Shown one piece after another: positions 17,618-29,220 of a DNA stretch of 64,000 bases. The position numbers were made by a program, and so were the translations under genes. The notes below the pieces were generated by a model. That model saw only the letters and a list, made by a program, of their open reading frames with translations. It made no database searches and was not told where the DNA came from. The stretch is taken from positions 1,066,375-1,130,374 of the forward strand of contig OZ245335.1 in the NCBI GenBank assembly GCA_965226235.1. Direction: 5' to 3'. The DNA comes from Candidatus Oxydemutatoraceae bacterium (GTDB lineage Bacteria; Pseudomonadota; Gammaproteobacteria; Poriferisulfidales; Oxydemutatoraceae). Each line of letters starts with the position of its first letter. Positions within the stretch are counted from its first letter, which is position 1.

Positions 17618-19233
17618 GCGGAGGTGTTCTTCCCTTTGATCTGTTCAGCGAACGCCTCGCCTTGAGCGGTTCGGCGATAGCGCTGGTTTCGGCTATGCGG
17701 CTTGTCGGGGAGAGTCATTTCAACCAGTTCGGCCACAAGGGCGGGCCGCAAATAGACCGTGGCGAAGTGGCCGCGATGTTTCAGTTGCAGTGCCATTTGC
17801 AGTTCTACCCGGCTCATCTCTCCGGTGAGCGCAACTACCAGTTGCTCGACATGTGCGGTAACTTGGTCGGTCACTGGATCGGTCATTTGTGCGGTATACC
17901 GAATATCATCCTGCTTTATCAAATACTTATCTTGTGCGGCAACTTGGTCGGTCTCATGCTCGGTCGCCACGTTGGCCGCCCGCTCGTGCACCGGCAGCCG
18001 AACCAGAAACCAGGTTCGGTCCTCGTCGCTCTCGAAGACCGGCTCCGGGGAGCCGTTCTGCTGCATGGCTCGCAGAATCTTGGGGACCCCGGTTGACCTG
18101 CCCTCGGCCAACTCGAGTTCCTTGAGAAACTCTCCAATTCGACGATTGCGGTAGCGGCGGCTGACGGCTTGCCCGTTCTTGAAATCTTCCATGCGGATCG
18201 ATCGGTCGGCGCCCGGAAAGCTCAAGACCACCAGTTCTTCAGAGGTGATGTGCACTTCGACAGGTTCACGTTCTTCATATGAGCGGTGGTAGATCGCATT
18301 CACCAGTGCCTCTTCGATGGCACCAATGGGAAAGTTCCAGAATCGCTCCGCTTCGGGCTTGTGTGGATGCTTGACGACCGTTTCCTTCAGGTGGTTCCGT
18401 CCGATGTAGCTGATCGCCTCGCTGAGGATGATCGACAGGGGGCCGCGAAACTCCTTCTCCTCGAAATGGTCTCCGCCAGGGCCATCCGGAAACCAAACAA
18501 CATCAATCTGAGTTGCCGGAAAGAAGTCGTGCGGGCGGTCGTTAAAAAACAGCAAGCCGACGTTCTTGGGGAACATCGCTTCGGGAGGACCGCCGACGAT
18601 GTTCATGCGTTGACCCAGGCTCTCAATCGGGAGATCGACCGCCTCAGAGGCGAGGTCGCTGCCGATGTCGCGCAGGAATTCCTGGATAAGCCGATGCGAA
18701 AGGTCATCAAGCGAAGCCGTCTGGCGATACCTGTCATCAAAGGGCACGGTGGCGGCCAGGCTGAGCAACTCGCGTTCATCACGGCCTCTCGCACGGACCG
18801 TGCTTGTGTGTTTGCGAACGAAGTATGCCCACTCCGAGCGCCCCTTGGTGAGATTTACTCTGGCTTTGTAAGGACGGGTTTCACCGCCAGGTGCCCAGAG
18901 CACGAGTATGGTTCTGCCATCAATATCGTAGGTCCCCGTAAGCGGGTGGTAATAGGGCTGTATGGCCGAATTGCCCAGACTCAGCAGTTCCTTCTGGATC
19001 GCATCGATGGAATCCGGAGGAATGCCCTTGGGCGGCAGTACTGGGCGGCCGTCGCGCTCCTCGACCCCCAATACGACGTAACCGCCGCCCAGATTGTGGA
19101 AGTCGTTGGCGAAGGCGCAGATGGTGTACAACACACTCTGCGGATTCCAACCAGCCTTGTACTCGATGCGCTCGCCTTCAATGGTGCGCTGGCGAAGCAG
19201 GCGGTTGATGTTGATGGGAAGTTTGCCGGTCAT
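17614..19233 (-). CDS. AlbA_2 / divergent-AAA (Schlafen-like) DNA-binding protein with a C-terminal HTH, commonly annotated as RecG-like and often embedded in type I R-M loci
   Basis: N-terminal ...YKAGWNPQSV...GGGYVVLGVEE and a C-terminal RRYRNRRIGEFLKELELAEGRSTGVPKI region. It lies between hsdS and hsdM. Confidence 0.65.
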   Translation of the reverse strand: MTGKLPININRLLRQRTIEGERIEYKAGWNPQSVLYTICAFANDFHNLGGGYVVLGVEERDGRPVLPPKGIPPDSIDAIQKELLSLGNSAIQPYYHPLTGTYDIDGRTILVLWAPGGETRPYKARVNLTKGRSEWAYFVRKHTSTVRARGRDERELLSLAATVPFDDRYRQTASLDDLSHRLIQEFLRDIGSDLASEAVDLPIESLGQRMNIVGGPPEAMFPKNVGLLFFNDRPHDFFPATQIDVVWFPDGPGGDHFEEKEFRGPLSIILSEAISYIGRNHLKETVVKHPHKPEAERFWNFPIGAIEEALVNAIYHRSYEEREPVEVHITSEELVVLSFPGADRSIRMEDFKNGQAVSRRYRNRRIGEFLKELELAEGRSTGVPKILRAMQQNGSPEPVFESDEDRTWFLVRLPVHERAANVATEHETDQVAAQDKYLIKQDDIRYTAQMTDPVTDQVTAHVEQLVVALTGEMSRVELQMALQLKHRGHFATVYLRPALVAELVEMTLPDKPHSRNQRYRRTAQGEAFAEQIKGKNTSA

Positions 19234-20343
19234 GCTGCCATCTTTTTCTTCTTTGTTTTCTTGGCGTGGTTGTTCTTCACCGCCTGCTCTCTTACGGCCC
19301 TGATTCGGTCCAGAAGAGCCGAGGCCGGTTCGTCGTGCGGGTCCTGCGCGACGAGTTGACCGGAGAAGGCTTTCTTGAGAATCGACTGGCGCAGTGTCTC
19401 CGCCTGCTTTTGGCCGAGTCTATCTCTCGCTCCTGCCACTCAATCGCAACGCGAATCGCTCCTCTAACAGGCGGACAATTTCTTGCTGTTCGGCCAGAGA
19501 GCAAAGAGGAAGCGCGATCTGGGCAAACTTGAATGCACTCAAGTGGTTGATCCCCACGCCGCCGGCAACTTGAGCAAATTTCCCGCTTACATAGAAGAAG
19601 CGATACAACCAAAGCAGATAAACCGCATAGGCACGACAATGTGGTTGATGCCTATAACGGTGTTTTGAAAGCAGCAATTCTGGATCTGATCGTTCCAAAT
19701 CGCTGGCTTTCCGACTTGCGCTGCGCTTCCAGATGCTTCGGACAGCACCAAATCACCCTTTCTCAAACGGTATGCGCTTAGTTCGTGAGGCAGGAAATCC
19801 ATGTCGAGAATGTCGTCCAAATCCAAACCTTGTTCCGTAATGTTCGCAGCTCGGATGTACTTCGTGGGGTAATCCTTCGACCTGTTCTTTGGAGAACGTT
19901 GTCGACCGAGTTGGACGATTCCTACAGACTCGGCGGTCAACCATAGCCAACCACTCGGCAGTGATTCTAGGTGGGTAATCTCCTCTTCTGCCATCGTTAA
20001 AACTGACTTGGGCATTCTTGGCCGTACCGGCTTCTTGCCTGACTTACTGCCTTCCTCCCATGCCTTGACGGCGGTCTCCCACTCTTTGAGTTGCCGATCG
20101 TAGCGCGCCGCCCGCTCCTGTTTGATGCGGGCGAGCAACTGCTCAGGCATCTCAAGCTTGTCTTTGTTCCCTTCGCGCCACTGGGCCGTGAGCTTGCCTT
20201 CGAAGGCGTGCTTGAGCACGGCTTGGCGGTAGACATTGAGCTGTCGCCCGCGCCGTCTTCAGGCTCTCGACGCCTTTGTCCAGTTCGGAAAATAATTCCT
20301 CGATCTTGGCGACGATGCGGCGTTGTTCAGGTAGCGGAGGCAC
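19230..20343 (-). pseudogene. hsdS: Type I R-M specificity subunit hsdS, disrupted by several frameshifts
   Basis: Four overlapping ORF fragments (19230-19439, 19420-19698, 19587-20219 and 20152-20343) alternate between reading frames. Together they carry HsdS hallmarks: two central conserved LPPLxEQxxIVxxIEELF-like regions, a target-recognition-domain segment and the C-terminal LRQSILKKAFSGQLV. Confidence 0.75.
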
Positions 20344-20814
20344 CGGAATTCAAAGTGGAGAGCCAGATAGGGGGTCGGGACCCGCTGACCAACCGCGCCA
20401 GTTTGATATTGTGCCCGGCGTCCCTACGAAACGACTCCGACGATGCTTCTACAAAGAAAGACGTATTGGGCGCTTATCCCTCGCAATGAGGGTCTCAACC
20501 ACGGCCAATTCATCTTGATCCGAAAGCCAACTCGTTCTTCAGAGGCGGAACGACCGCTCCCATCTTGCCGTTTTCCATGCACGGTGTGATCTTCGCAAAG
20601 AGTACATATCTCGGAAACCGTTAGCCCTTCTTCACCTCCTCAAAGCTTCGTGCTGACTTTCCTTGGACGCCTGAAGGGGAGACTCGCAAGAACGGTTGAA
20701 TGACACCATTGTTGATGGCGACTGACTCGCCCGTGGATTCACGATTCTGCGCTTCAAGTCAGGGCGAGCTCCCAGCTATTAGGAATCATGGATTCGCTTG
20801 GGGTTCGCCGGTCA

Positions 20815-23592
20815 CTATGCCGCCAATGCCTCATTCAATTCATCAATCACATCATCCATTCGATCGCCGAAAAGCTTGTACATCTGCCCCATGCCGCCTT
20901 TGCCATCGAACGGGGCCATCTCCAGATCGTCTCGCTCCAGATGAAAGGAGTCGACGATGTGGTCACGGATCATGCGCAGCCAGTCCATCTGCTCCTCGTT
21001 GAACTTCTCGCCGCTGCCGCTGTGGCGCGTCATGATCCAATTCTGAAAATTGCGGCGCACGGTTTCCGAATACGGAGACAGCGTCGCGTCGATACCGCAG
21101 ACCCGGCGAATCAACGCCACCAGCGCGGTCAGTTCACTGGCCGGTTGGCTGCCCTTGTATTCATCCAGCAAGGAGTATGCCTGCCAGACCCGCAAAGGGG
21201 CCAGTCGGGGTTGGTCGCTCTTGAGCTTGTCGAATACCTCGCGGATCATGGCGTAGGTCAGCTCACGGCGGCGGTGCGGTTGGGCGTAGAAGATGGTCAG
21301 GGCTTCGATCTTCGTCTCGATTGGCTTCCAAATACTGGCGGAAATCCTGTGCCATGGCTTCGGCATTCTCGTGTGCGTCGCCTTCCCATTCGGCGCGCAG
21401 CACCGAATCCAGGCTGTCATGGTCGATGGTCTGTTCCTTGTCGCGGCGAATCGAGTCGATCAACTCGATCAGTTCGCCGTTGAACACGCCGGCCGCATCT
21501 CGCCTAGCTGCAATTCCTGAGCCTTGTCGCTCGTGGCCGGTGACGGCTCGGCACCGTCGGGCACGGGCTCGGTATCACGCGCCTTCTCCTGAATGCGGTC
21601 AGGGTCAATGGCGGCCAGCAGATTGCCGACGATATTGGTGAGTTCGAGGCCGCCGGCTTGCTCCTTGATTCGCTCCCGCTCAGTGGAATCGAGTTGTTGA
21701 TTGAGCCGGGCAAGGCGTCCGGCGAGAGAACTCACCGTGTCTTCATCGCGCGCACCCATCATCACGCCCATGGCGAGGTCCCGGAGTGGCACGGCGGGCT
21801 TGGTGATGAGCGGTTGGCTGGCGGTCTTGAGCGATTTCGTGACACCGACGGCATCCACGATCACGTAGTGGGTCTTGCCGCTGACGGCGGAGGGCGAGAC
21901 CTTCTTGAGATCGTCGTGGTCGAGGGTGCGGGAGCCACGACCCTTCATCTGCTCGAAATAGTTGCGGCTCCTCACGTTGCGCATGAAAAGCAGGCATTCG
22001 AGCGGTCTGACGTCGGTGCCGGTGGCGATCATATCCACGGTCACAGCGATGCGCGGGTAGTAGTCGTTGCGGAACTGGGCGAGGACAGATTTCGGGTCTT
22101 CTTCGGTTTTGTAGGTGATCTTCTTGCAGAACGCGTTGCCTTCGGCGAATTCCTCGCGCACGGTCTGAATGATGTCGTCGGCGTGGCTGTCGGTCTTGGC
22201 GAAAACGAGCGTCTTCGGAACTTCGGCGCGGCCCGGAAATATCTCAGACAGTGTGTCTCGAAAGGTGCAGACGACGGTGCGGATCTGGTCGGGGTTGACG
22301 ACGGAATGGTCCAGTTCACTGGCGGTATAGACGACGTCCTCGTCCTGAATTTCCCAGCGCTTGCGGCGCGTCAGACGCTCGCGCTTCTCGACCTGCTGGT
22401 GCGCCCTGAGTTGACCGCCGCGCTGCGTCCTTACCGTGTCGATGGCGTAGATTTCGTTGCCAACGTTGACGCCGTCGGCGACGGCTTGCTCATGGTCGTA
22501 TTCGCTGACGACGTTCTTCTTGAAGAACCCATAGGTGCGGTTATCCGGCGTGGCGGTCAGGCCGATGAGATAGGCGTCGAAATATTCCAGGACTTGACGC
22601 CAGAGGTTGTAAATCGAGCGGTGACATTCGTCGATGATGATGAAATCGAAAAACTCGGGTGGAATCTTACCGTTATAGGCAACCGGCATCGGTTCTTTGG
22701 GCTTAACCATTTCCGCCGGGTTGATCTGCTCGGCGGCTTCGTCCAGCTCCTGATCCTTCAGCAGCGAGTACATCCGCTGGATGGTGCTGATGCAGACCTG
22801 ACTGTCCTTGGCGACGGAGGACGATTTGAGGCGCTGGACGTTGTACAGCTCGGTGAATTTCCGGTTGTCGTCACTGGGCACGTAGGCCATGAATTCCTGC
22901 TCGGCCTGTTCGCCCAGATTCCTGGTGTCTACGAGAAAGAGGACGCGCTTGGCGTCAACGTGCTTGAGCAACCGGTAGATCGAGGTAATAGCAGTATAGG
23001 TCTTGCCAGAGCCAGTGGCCATCTGAATGAGGGCACGCGGGCGGTCCTCTTTGAAGGATGCTTCGAGCTTCTCAATGGCGTTGACTTGGCACGCTCTCAA
23101 TCCGGTGGGGTCTAAACTCGGTAGCGCCTGGAGCCGCTCACGAAGCGAGACCGACTGGGTGAGCCAGGCCTGTATCGTCTCTGGCCGAGGGAAGTTAAAC
23201 ACCTCTCGGGAGCGGGGTTTCGGGTCGCGTCCGTCGGTGAAACGGGTGAGTGCCCCGGTGCTTTCGTAAACGAATGACAGCGGCGCGCTATTGCTCACCC
23301 ACTTGAGTTTTGCGGACGCGTAACGCCCGGACTGCTCCTCGACCGTCGTGAGCTTATGGCCCCAATGTTCCGGCTTGGCCTCGACCACGCCGACAGGCTT
23401 CTGGTCGATGAAGAGAACGTAGTCGGCAGGGCCGACATCCGTTTGATACTCACGGACGGCGATACCGCTACCTGAGGAAAAATTGATCTCCTCCCTGTCC
23501 TGAACGAACCAGTTTGCCTGCGACAGCATCTTGTCGATAATGTCGCGTGCCTTCTGTTCGGATGTCTGGTTGGCACTTGACATTCGGTTCAC
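20815..23592 (-). pseudogene. hsdR: Type I restriction endonuclease subunit hsdR, disrupted near 21320-21470. The 707-aa N-terminal ORF ends at a TGA, and the C-terminal domain continues in other ORFs.
   Basis: The N-terminal and helicase part (QMATGSGKTYTA, DECHRS) is in ORF 21469-23592. The HsdR C-terminal domain is split across ORFs 21263-21487 and 20815-21420, in different or interrupted frames. Confidence 0.75.
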
Positions 23593-24037
23593 TCGTTTTT
23601 ACTTTTGGCCCATAGTTTGCGAAAGAGCTCCCCACAGCAACACCTTACACTGGCCCATATGGGGGGGAGGCGCACATGAATTCACGAAGGACCTGGACCG
23701 CAGGCCTGTTCTGCGCTTGGTAGACGTGTTGAAGGCGATTGCAGAGATCGTACTGCACTTTAATGCATAAATTGGTGTTTTTTTCATTTCGGCGAGTATA
23801 GCCAATGGCTGGATGTTTGTGGAGTGAATAATGTAGACGGCACCTCCTTCGGGCTTCCATGACGCAGTGGATGTGACGTTGCCATACCATAACAAGGCAA
23901 AGCAGAGAACCGGTTACAGCTACGCCAACATTTCGTTGTGAATTTCAAGGATTCGTTCTGCTCTTTCACTGATACGGCCTGAGTATACCCGACACTTTTC
24001 ATGGTAGATAATGTAACGTAACTATGAGAGGTAAACG

Positions 24038-24334
24038 ATGGGCAAAGGCATTCGATACACGGATGAATTTAAGCAGGAAGCGGTTAATCAGGTAGTGGTT
24101 TATGGCTATCGCGTTCTTGATGTTTGTGAGCGATTGGGCATATCCAATAAAAGTCTTTACGACTGGATCAAGAAGTTCAGTAAACCACCTCAACAATGTC
24201 AGGCCGAAGCCGACCTCCGCGCTGAGAATGCGCGCCTCAAACGCGAGCTAAAGCGCGCTCACCAAGAGAGGGACATATTAAAGGAGGCCGCAGTGTTCTT
24301 TGCCGGCGAGTCAAAGAACGCTACCCGTTCATAA
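24038..24334 (+). CDS. IS3-family transposase OrfA (HTH)
   Basis: MGKGIRYTDEFKQEAVNQVV...LKRELKRAHQERDILKEAAVFFA, a typical IS3/IS150 OrfA. Confidence 0.85.
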   Translation: MGKGIRYTDEFKQEAVNQVVVYGYRVLDVCERLGISNKSLYDWIKKFSKPPQQCQAEADLRAENARLKRELKRAHQERDILKEAAVFFAGESKNATRS

Positions 24335-24363
24335 AAGCTCGCAGTACCGATCATTCGGTCAGA

Positions 24364-25192
24364 ATGCTTTGTCGGGCAGTTGATGTTCATCCGAGCGGCT
24401 ATTACGAATGGCTCGTTACCCCATTGAATGCTCGTGCAATACAGGATCAGCAGTTCACCGCGAAGATCAGGCAGTACTGGCTCGAGAGCGGTGGACACTC
24501 TGGTTATCGCAATATTCACGAAGATATCCTTGAGGCAAAAATGAGTTGCGGTCGTGACCGGGTGCTACGGTTGATGCGCGCTGCTGGTCTGCGTGCACAA
24601 CGCGGCTACAAGAACGCCCAGAGGCTATGACAGCGGTAAAACGCATCCTGCTATGCCGAACCTGTTGGATCGACAGTTTGAGGTATCTGCGCCAAATCAG
24701 TGGTGGGTTAGTGATATCACTTACATTCACACACAGGAAGGCTTTTTGTTCCTGGCCGTGGTAATGGATTTATTTGCTCGTAACATTGTGGGCTGGGCTA
24801 TGGTGCCAAGAATCACCGATAACCTGGTACTCGATGCGGTAACGATGGCGTACTGGCGGCGCAAGCCTATCAACAAAGTCATGCTTCATTCAGATCAAGG
24901 TTCACAATATACAAGCGGTCGGTGTAAGAAGTTACTCAAGGCGCTGAATATACAAGCCAGTATGAGTCGTCGTGCCAACTGTCATGACAATGCAGTGGCA
25001 GAGAGCTTCTTTGCCAACCTGAAGAAAGAGAAGATCAGAAGAATAAAGTACAAAAGCCGTGCAGGCGCACGGCAATCTATGTTTAACTATATCGAGATGT
25101 TCTACAATCCGAAGCGCCGACATACGCATAATGATCGCGTTGCACCAACGGTCTATGAACAACGATATTTAATGAATCAGGAAAGTGTCTAA
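24364..25192 (+). pseudogene. IS3-family transposase OrfB (DDE integrase core), split into two frames (24364-24630 and 24593-25192) by an extra frameshift near a short tandem near-duplication (cgcggctacaag / agaggctatgac)
   Basis: HSDQGSQYTS and a C-terminal YNPKRRH..L motif are present. OrfB needs both a -1 shift from OrfA and an additional +1 shift, so the element is probably defective unless this is a sequencing error. Confidence 0.7.
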
Positions 25193-25667
25193 CAAACTCA
25201 GGCCGTATCACACAAGGGAAAGCGCACCAGGTATTACCCTTACCGCCTCCTGATGACTCCCTATGACCGACTTCGATCGCTCCCGGATGCGCCGCAGTAT
25301 CTCAAGCCCGGTGTCACCTTTGAACAACTGGATGACATCGTGATGCAACACAGTGATAATGAAGCTGCCCTGATGCTCAACGAGGCCCGGGATAAACTGT
25401 TTCAGTGCTTTAACAAAACCCGAAACCACGCCGCCTGAGTGCAAACCGAGACGTAAAGAAAACTGCTCTCTTCAGGCTCATTTCCAGATTGGAAAACACT
25501 TGTATCGCGGTTGTCGGTTGAACAAAGGCTCAACCTGCTTATCCCTGAAAGTCATTCGACACCTTCAGCCAGCACAACACTTCCCGAGCCTTACGGCAAC
25601 AATTTTCCATTTGGGGCGTTTTGCGTCAAAAGGTTCTGTCCAAACCGACCGGCCCTAGTGCCACTGA

Positions 25668-26804
25668 TTAGTCGATAATCAGGTCGTGCGTTGGCAACAG
25701 ATCGCGGATTACGTAGGTACGATGCAACGCTGAAGCTTGATAAAAATGCCAAATAGGCGTTTCCATTGCAGTGTGGTAATCTTCTTGGCCATCAAGATTC
25801 TCCCACTGCCCGTTCCAGTTTTCGCCTTCATAGATGGGAATCTGCTCGCCGGGTTCACCAAATATTGCCCCTTCTTTCGCTGCGGCTTGCCAAGCGTCAA
25901 TACGCTCTTGCTTGGGTCCTTGTGTCAGCAGAACTCTCATTACCCTTTCAGAAATGTCACTAAACGCCCTGCCATCGCCGGAAGAATATTTTTCAGGCTG
26001 TAAATTCAAAAAATGTGTGAACATGTTGTAGAGAGCATGGCAACCTTCATGAAATGTTACCGAATTATTCCTTATAGATGTTATTCCATTGGCCACATAA
26101 TCATCCCGTTCATAGTCAAAGCTCCAGACGAGATACGGCCTATCTGGATAGGTGACGACAGAACCGTGTCCTAGCGCGCCTGATGCCGTTTCCGCAAGCC
26201 ATGAAACAAAATTCCTTAATAAACCGCCGTGGTAGTCATTCGATTTTGCGATGAACTTTGATGCCTTATCGGTAATATATTCGCGCATATCAGGGCTGAG
26301 ATTTGCGATCGTCACATCAAGGCCTTTCACCTCTTCGTGGAACCGGAAGCTGTTATTGACGACCTTGTTCCCTCGAGAACTCACGCCAGAAAATCCGTAA
26401 TGGGAAAATGTGTCAGCATATACATGAGCAGCGATCCCCATGAGGGCTGGTGCGAAAGCTCTGTCTGCGAGGCCCAGATGATGATCCCGCATCTCCTGCA
26501 CAACTTCACTGTCCTTGCGGCATTTCAAGCGTTCAGTATAGCCCTTACCTTGATTGCCCGGAAGGAAGTGAAATGGTACCCACACGCGACGTTGATCGCC
26601 GTCCTTGATATTGGCTATATCGCTCGTATGGTGTGCGGTCGCTTCCGCGTCGATTCTCGAACCGTCACGGAAGGCCACGTGAGATTTTGCAGTGTTGTCA
26701 TCAACGAATTGGGCACACGTGGCGATGATCTGAGCGGTATACGGATTGATTCCGGCAGCCCGTGCCATTGAATAGGTGCCATAATAATGCATATCTAGTT
26801 GCAT
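25668..26804 (-). CDS. Hypothetical protein (378 aa), His/Asp-rich; possibly a zinc-dependent phospholipase C / P1-nuclease-like hydrolase fold
   Basis: The N-terminal MHYYGTY is reminiscent of the MHYFGD zinc-ligand region of PLC-type enzymes. This is weak, unverified similarity, and there is no signal peptide. Confidence 0.35.
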   Translation of the reverse strand: MQLDMHYYGTYSMARAAGINPYTAQIIATCAQFVDDNTAKSHVAFRDGSRIDAEATAHHTSDIANIKDGDQRRVWVPFHFLPGNQGKGYTERLKCRKDSEVVQEMRDHHLGLADRAFAPALMGIAAHVYADTFSHYGFSGVSSRGNKVVNNSFRFHEEVKGLDVTIANLSPDMREYITDKASKFIAKSNDYHGGLLRNFVSWLAETASGALGHGSVVTYPDRPYLVWSFDYERDDYVANGITSIRNNSVTFHEGCHALYNMFTHFLNLQPEKYSSGDGRAFSDISERVMRVLLTQGPKQERIDAWQAAAKEGAIFGEPGEQIPIYEGENWNGQWENLDGQEDYHTAMETPIWHFYQASALHRTYVIRDLLPTHDLIID

Positions 26805-27024
26805 GGTAGTTTTCCTGTGTGTCGTATCATAAACTCTTCGATTCTAGGGACGACGAACTGCAAAGGCAAGGAGAAAAACGCGGGCCGCCTTTAGCAGTTT
26901 ATCGATTTCATTCCCACGTGGAGCGTGCAACGTTATCGGTCTATGGAATCGCTTGTACCGAGAGTATACCGCATGACACGGCACGGGGATTGGGAACAGG
27001 GGATAGCTATCTTGTTGATATGAT

Positions 27025-27101
27025 TGGTGGGCCTGGCAGGATTCGAACCTGCGACCAAAGGATTATGAGTCCCCTGCTCTGACCGGCTGAGCTACAGGCC
27101 C
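27025..27101 (-). tRNA. ileX: tRNA with CAT anticodon, most similar to tRNA-Ile2 (lysidine, ileX-like); CCA is encoded
   Basis: Cloverleaf GGGCCUG...CAGGCCC-A-CCA with anticodon loop CUCAUAA. It is highly similar to E. coli ileX, including the UGGUC variable loop, and sits immediately downstream of rpoD as ileX does in E. coli. Confidence 0.85.
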
Positions 27102-27122
27102 GCACATTTCGCGTGTTTGGAC

Positions 27123-28922
27123 TCAGTTTTCGCTGAGGAAGCTTTTGAGTTTTTCAGCGCGTTGAGGATTGCGTAGCTTGCGTAATGCTTTGGCTTCGAT
27201 CTGGCGGATTCTCTCGCGTGTCACATTAAACTGCTTGCCGACTTCCTCAAGCGTATGGTCGGTATTCATACCGATGCCAAACCGCATGCACAGCACCTTC
27301 GCTTCGCGCGGGGTCAACGATTCGAGCAGTTCATGCGTGGTGTCTTTCAGGCTCTCGGTAATGGCTGATTCGTCGGGCAAGGAGGTCGTTTCGTCTTCTA
27401 TGAAGTCGCCAAAGTGGGAATCCTTATCCTCTCCTATAGGAGACTCCATTGAAATGGGTTCTTTAGCCACCCGCATGACTTTTCTGACCTTCTCTTCGGG
27501 TATTTCCATGCGTGTTGCCAAGTCCTCTGGTGTAGGTTCGCAACCCATTTCCTGCAAGAGTTGTCCGGAAACCCGATTTAGCTTATGAATCGTTTCAATC
27601 ATATGGACCGGTATGCGAATAGTACGTGCCTGATCAGATATTGAGCGAGTAATTGCCTGACGTATCCACCAGGTTGCATAAGTCGAGAACTTATAGCCTC
27701 TTCGGTATTCAAATTTGTCGACTGCCTTCATCAAGCCAATGTTTCCTTCCTGAATCAGGTCCAGAAACTGCAACCCCCGATTGGTGTATTTTTTGGCGAT
27801 GGAGATAACCAGTCTCAAGTTGGCTTCCACCATTTCCTTCTTCGCCTGAGCTGCCTGGGCCTTGCCTGTATGCACCTTCCGTATCAGTTCCCTGATCTGA
27901 CTCATTGGCAATCCGGCTTCTTCTTCTATCCTCTTGAGTTCCTTCCAGGAAAGCATGAATTTTTCCTTGTTCGCTTTTAACTTCTTGGCATATTTCGCAC
28001 GTGGCGCAGTATGTTTTTCCCACCACAACGGGTCGGTTCCGTATTCCTTGAAAGTCGTGATGAAGTGTTTGCGCGGCATACCACACTTCTTGACGCAGAT
28101 ATTAAGCAAAACACCATCATGGGCGCGTATTTCATCGTTGGTTCCATTGAGCTTCTCCAGTAGACGACCAAGCATCTGCGGGGGTATCTTCGCTTCGACA
28201 AATGCGTCAGACACTTTGTCCACTGCGCGATTGAGGCTTGCCTCGCTTTTCTGCGCCAGTTTGCCCTTGCACCTGTTGTAGAGCTTTGTCAATCCAGCAA
28301 AGTATTCCTCGACTTTTTCCTTGTCGATACCTCTGGGCAATACATCATCGTCATCCTTTTTGGGTTGTGGCTTGGGAATAGTGAACTCTTCTTCTGGGTC
28401 AAACTTCTCCGGCCCGGCGAAGCCGATAATGACCTCGGTCAGTTTCGTCTCTTGCTGCTTGCACGTTTCATAGGCATCGATAAAGCTCTTGATCGTGGGC
28501 AGATAATGTCCCAGGGCAAGCATCGCCTGGTACAACCCGGACTCGATACGCCTGGCGATGCGTATCTCGCCTTCCCTGTTAAGCAAATTTACCAAGCCCA
28601 TTTCCCGCATATACATTCTCACCGGGTCAGTCGTGCGGCCTGTGTCGCTGCCGGCGCTCGCAAGCACCGCGGCTACTTCTTCAGCGTCTTCCTCATTGGT
28701 GACGCCATTCTTGTCAAGCGACAGATCGCCATCGCCCGGGGGAACCTCACAAACGCGGATCCCCATTTCATTCAGCATTGCGACAATGTCTTCCAGTTGA
28801 TCGGAATCAACGAGTCCCTGTGGCAGGTGATCGTTGATCTCGGCGTATGAGAGATACCCCTGCTCATGACCTTTGGAGATCAGTTTTTTTATTTCCAGAG
28901 TTTGATTCTTATCCGACGGCAT
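27123..28922 (-). CDS. rpoD: RNA polymerase sigma factor RpoD (sigma70)
   Basis: Region 2-4 motifs ([41 protein letters not shown]). The start was chosen at [15 protein letters not shown] by homology. Confidence 0.95.
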   Translation of the reverse strand: MPSDKNQTLEIKKLISKGHEQGYLSYAEINDHLPQGLVDSDQLEDIVAMLNEMGIRVCEVPPGDGDLSLDKNGVTNEEDAEEVAAVLASAGSDTGRTTDPVRMYMREMGLVNLLNREGEIRIARRIESGLYQAMLALGHYLPTIKSFIDAYETCKQQETKLTEVIIGFAGPEKFDPEEEFTIPKPQPKKDDDDVLPRGIDKEKVEEYFAGLTKLYNRCKGKLAQKSEASLNRAVDKVSDAFVEAKIPPQMLGRLLEKLNGTNDEIRAHDGVLLNICVKKCGMPRKHFITTFKEYGTDPLWWEKHTAPRAKYAKKLKANKEKFMLSWKELKRIEEEAGLPMSQIRELIRKVHTGKAQAAQAKKEMVEANLRLVISIAKKYTNRGLQFLDLIQEGNIGLMKAVDKFEYRRGYKFSTYATWWIRQAITRSISDQARTIRIPVHMIETIHKLNRVSGQLLQEMGCEPTPEDLATRMEIPEEKVRKVMRVAKEPISMESPIGEDKDSHFGDFIEDETTSLPDESAITESLKDTTHELLESLTPREAKVLCMRFGIGMNTDHTLEEVGKQFNVTRERIRQIEAKALRKLRNPQRAEKLKSFLSEN

Positions 28923-29220
28923 TTTTGCCTCTTGATGGTTCCAAATCAGCCCAATGGCGGTAGCTGTACCGGTAGACCAGCAAAGGCCTGCCTTCACCAA
29001 AGGAGACTTAACTTCTTATGCTAGCACATATCAGATGAGGAAGAAGCGAAGGGAAAATTGAGTGGGGAGCCTGACTTATGGGCTCAAGCAGAGGACAAGC
29101 CTGGCCACGGAGAATCCTCTCCTTTTGCAAATGAGTCGAGCACCCGCCAGGTAATCCGGCTTCAACCTGAAAATATCTCCGGCCTGGCCTGGCCATGGTT
29201 CCGGGCCATGGTTCCTGGCC

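Larger units (their letters stand above)
23970..25210 (+). mobile_element. IS3-family insertion sequence (1241 bp) with terminal inverted repeats TGATACGGCCTGAGT...ACTCAGGCCGTATCA and a 3-bp target duplication CAC
   Basis: A 15-bp perfect IR that extends imperfectly to ~30 bp with TG...CA termini. The flanks read cac|TG...CA|cac. orfA and orfB lie inside. Confidence 0.85.

Noticed and set aside
16854-18137. Arg/Pro-rich ORFs overlapping hsdM and the AlbA_2 gene in other frames
   Set aside because: Same explanation: frame artefacts within confidently assigned CDSs.
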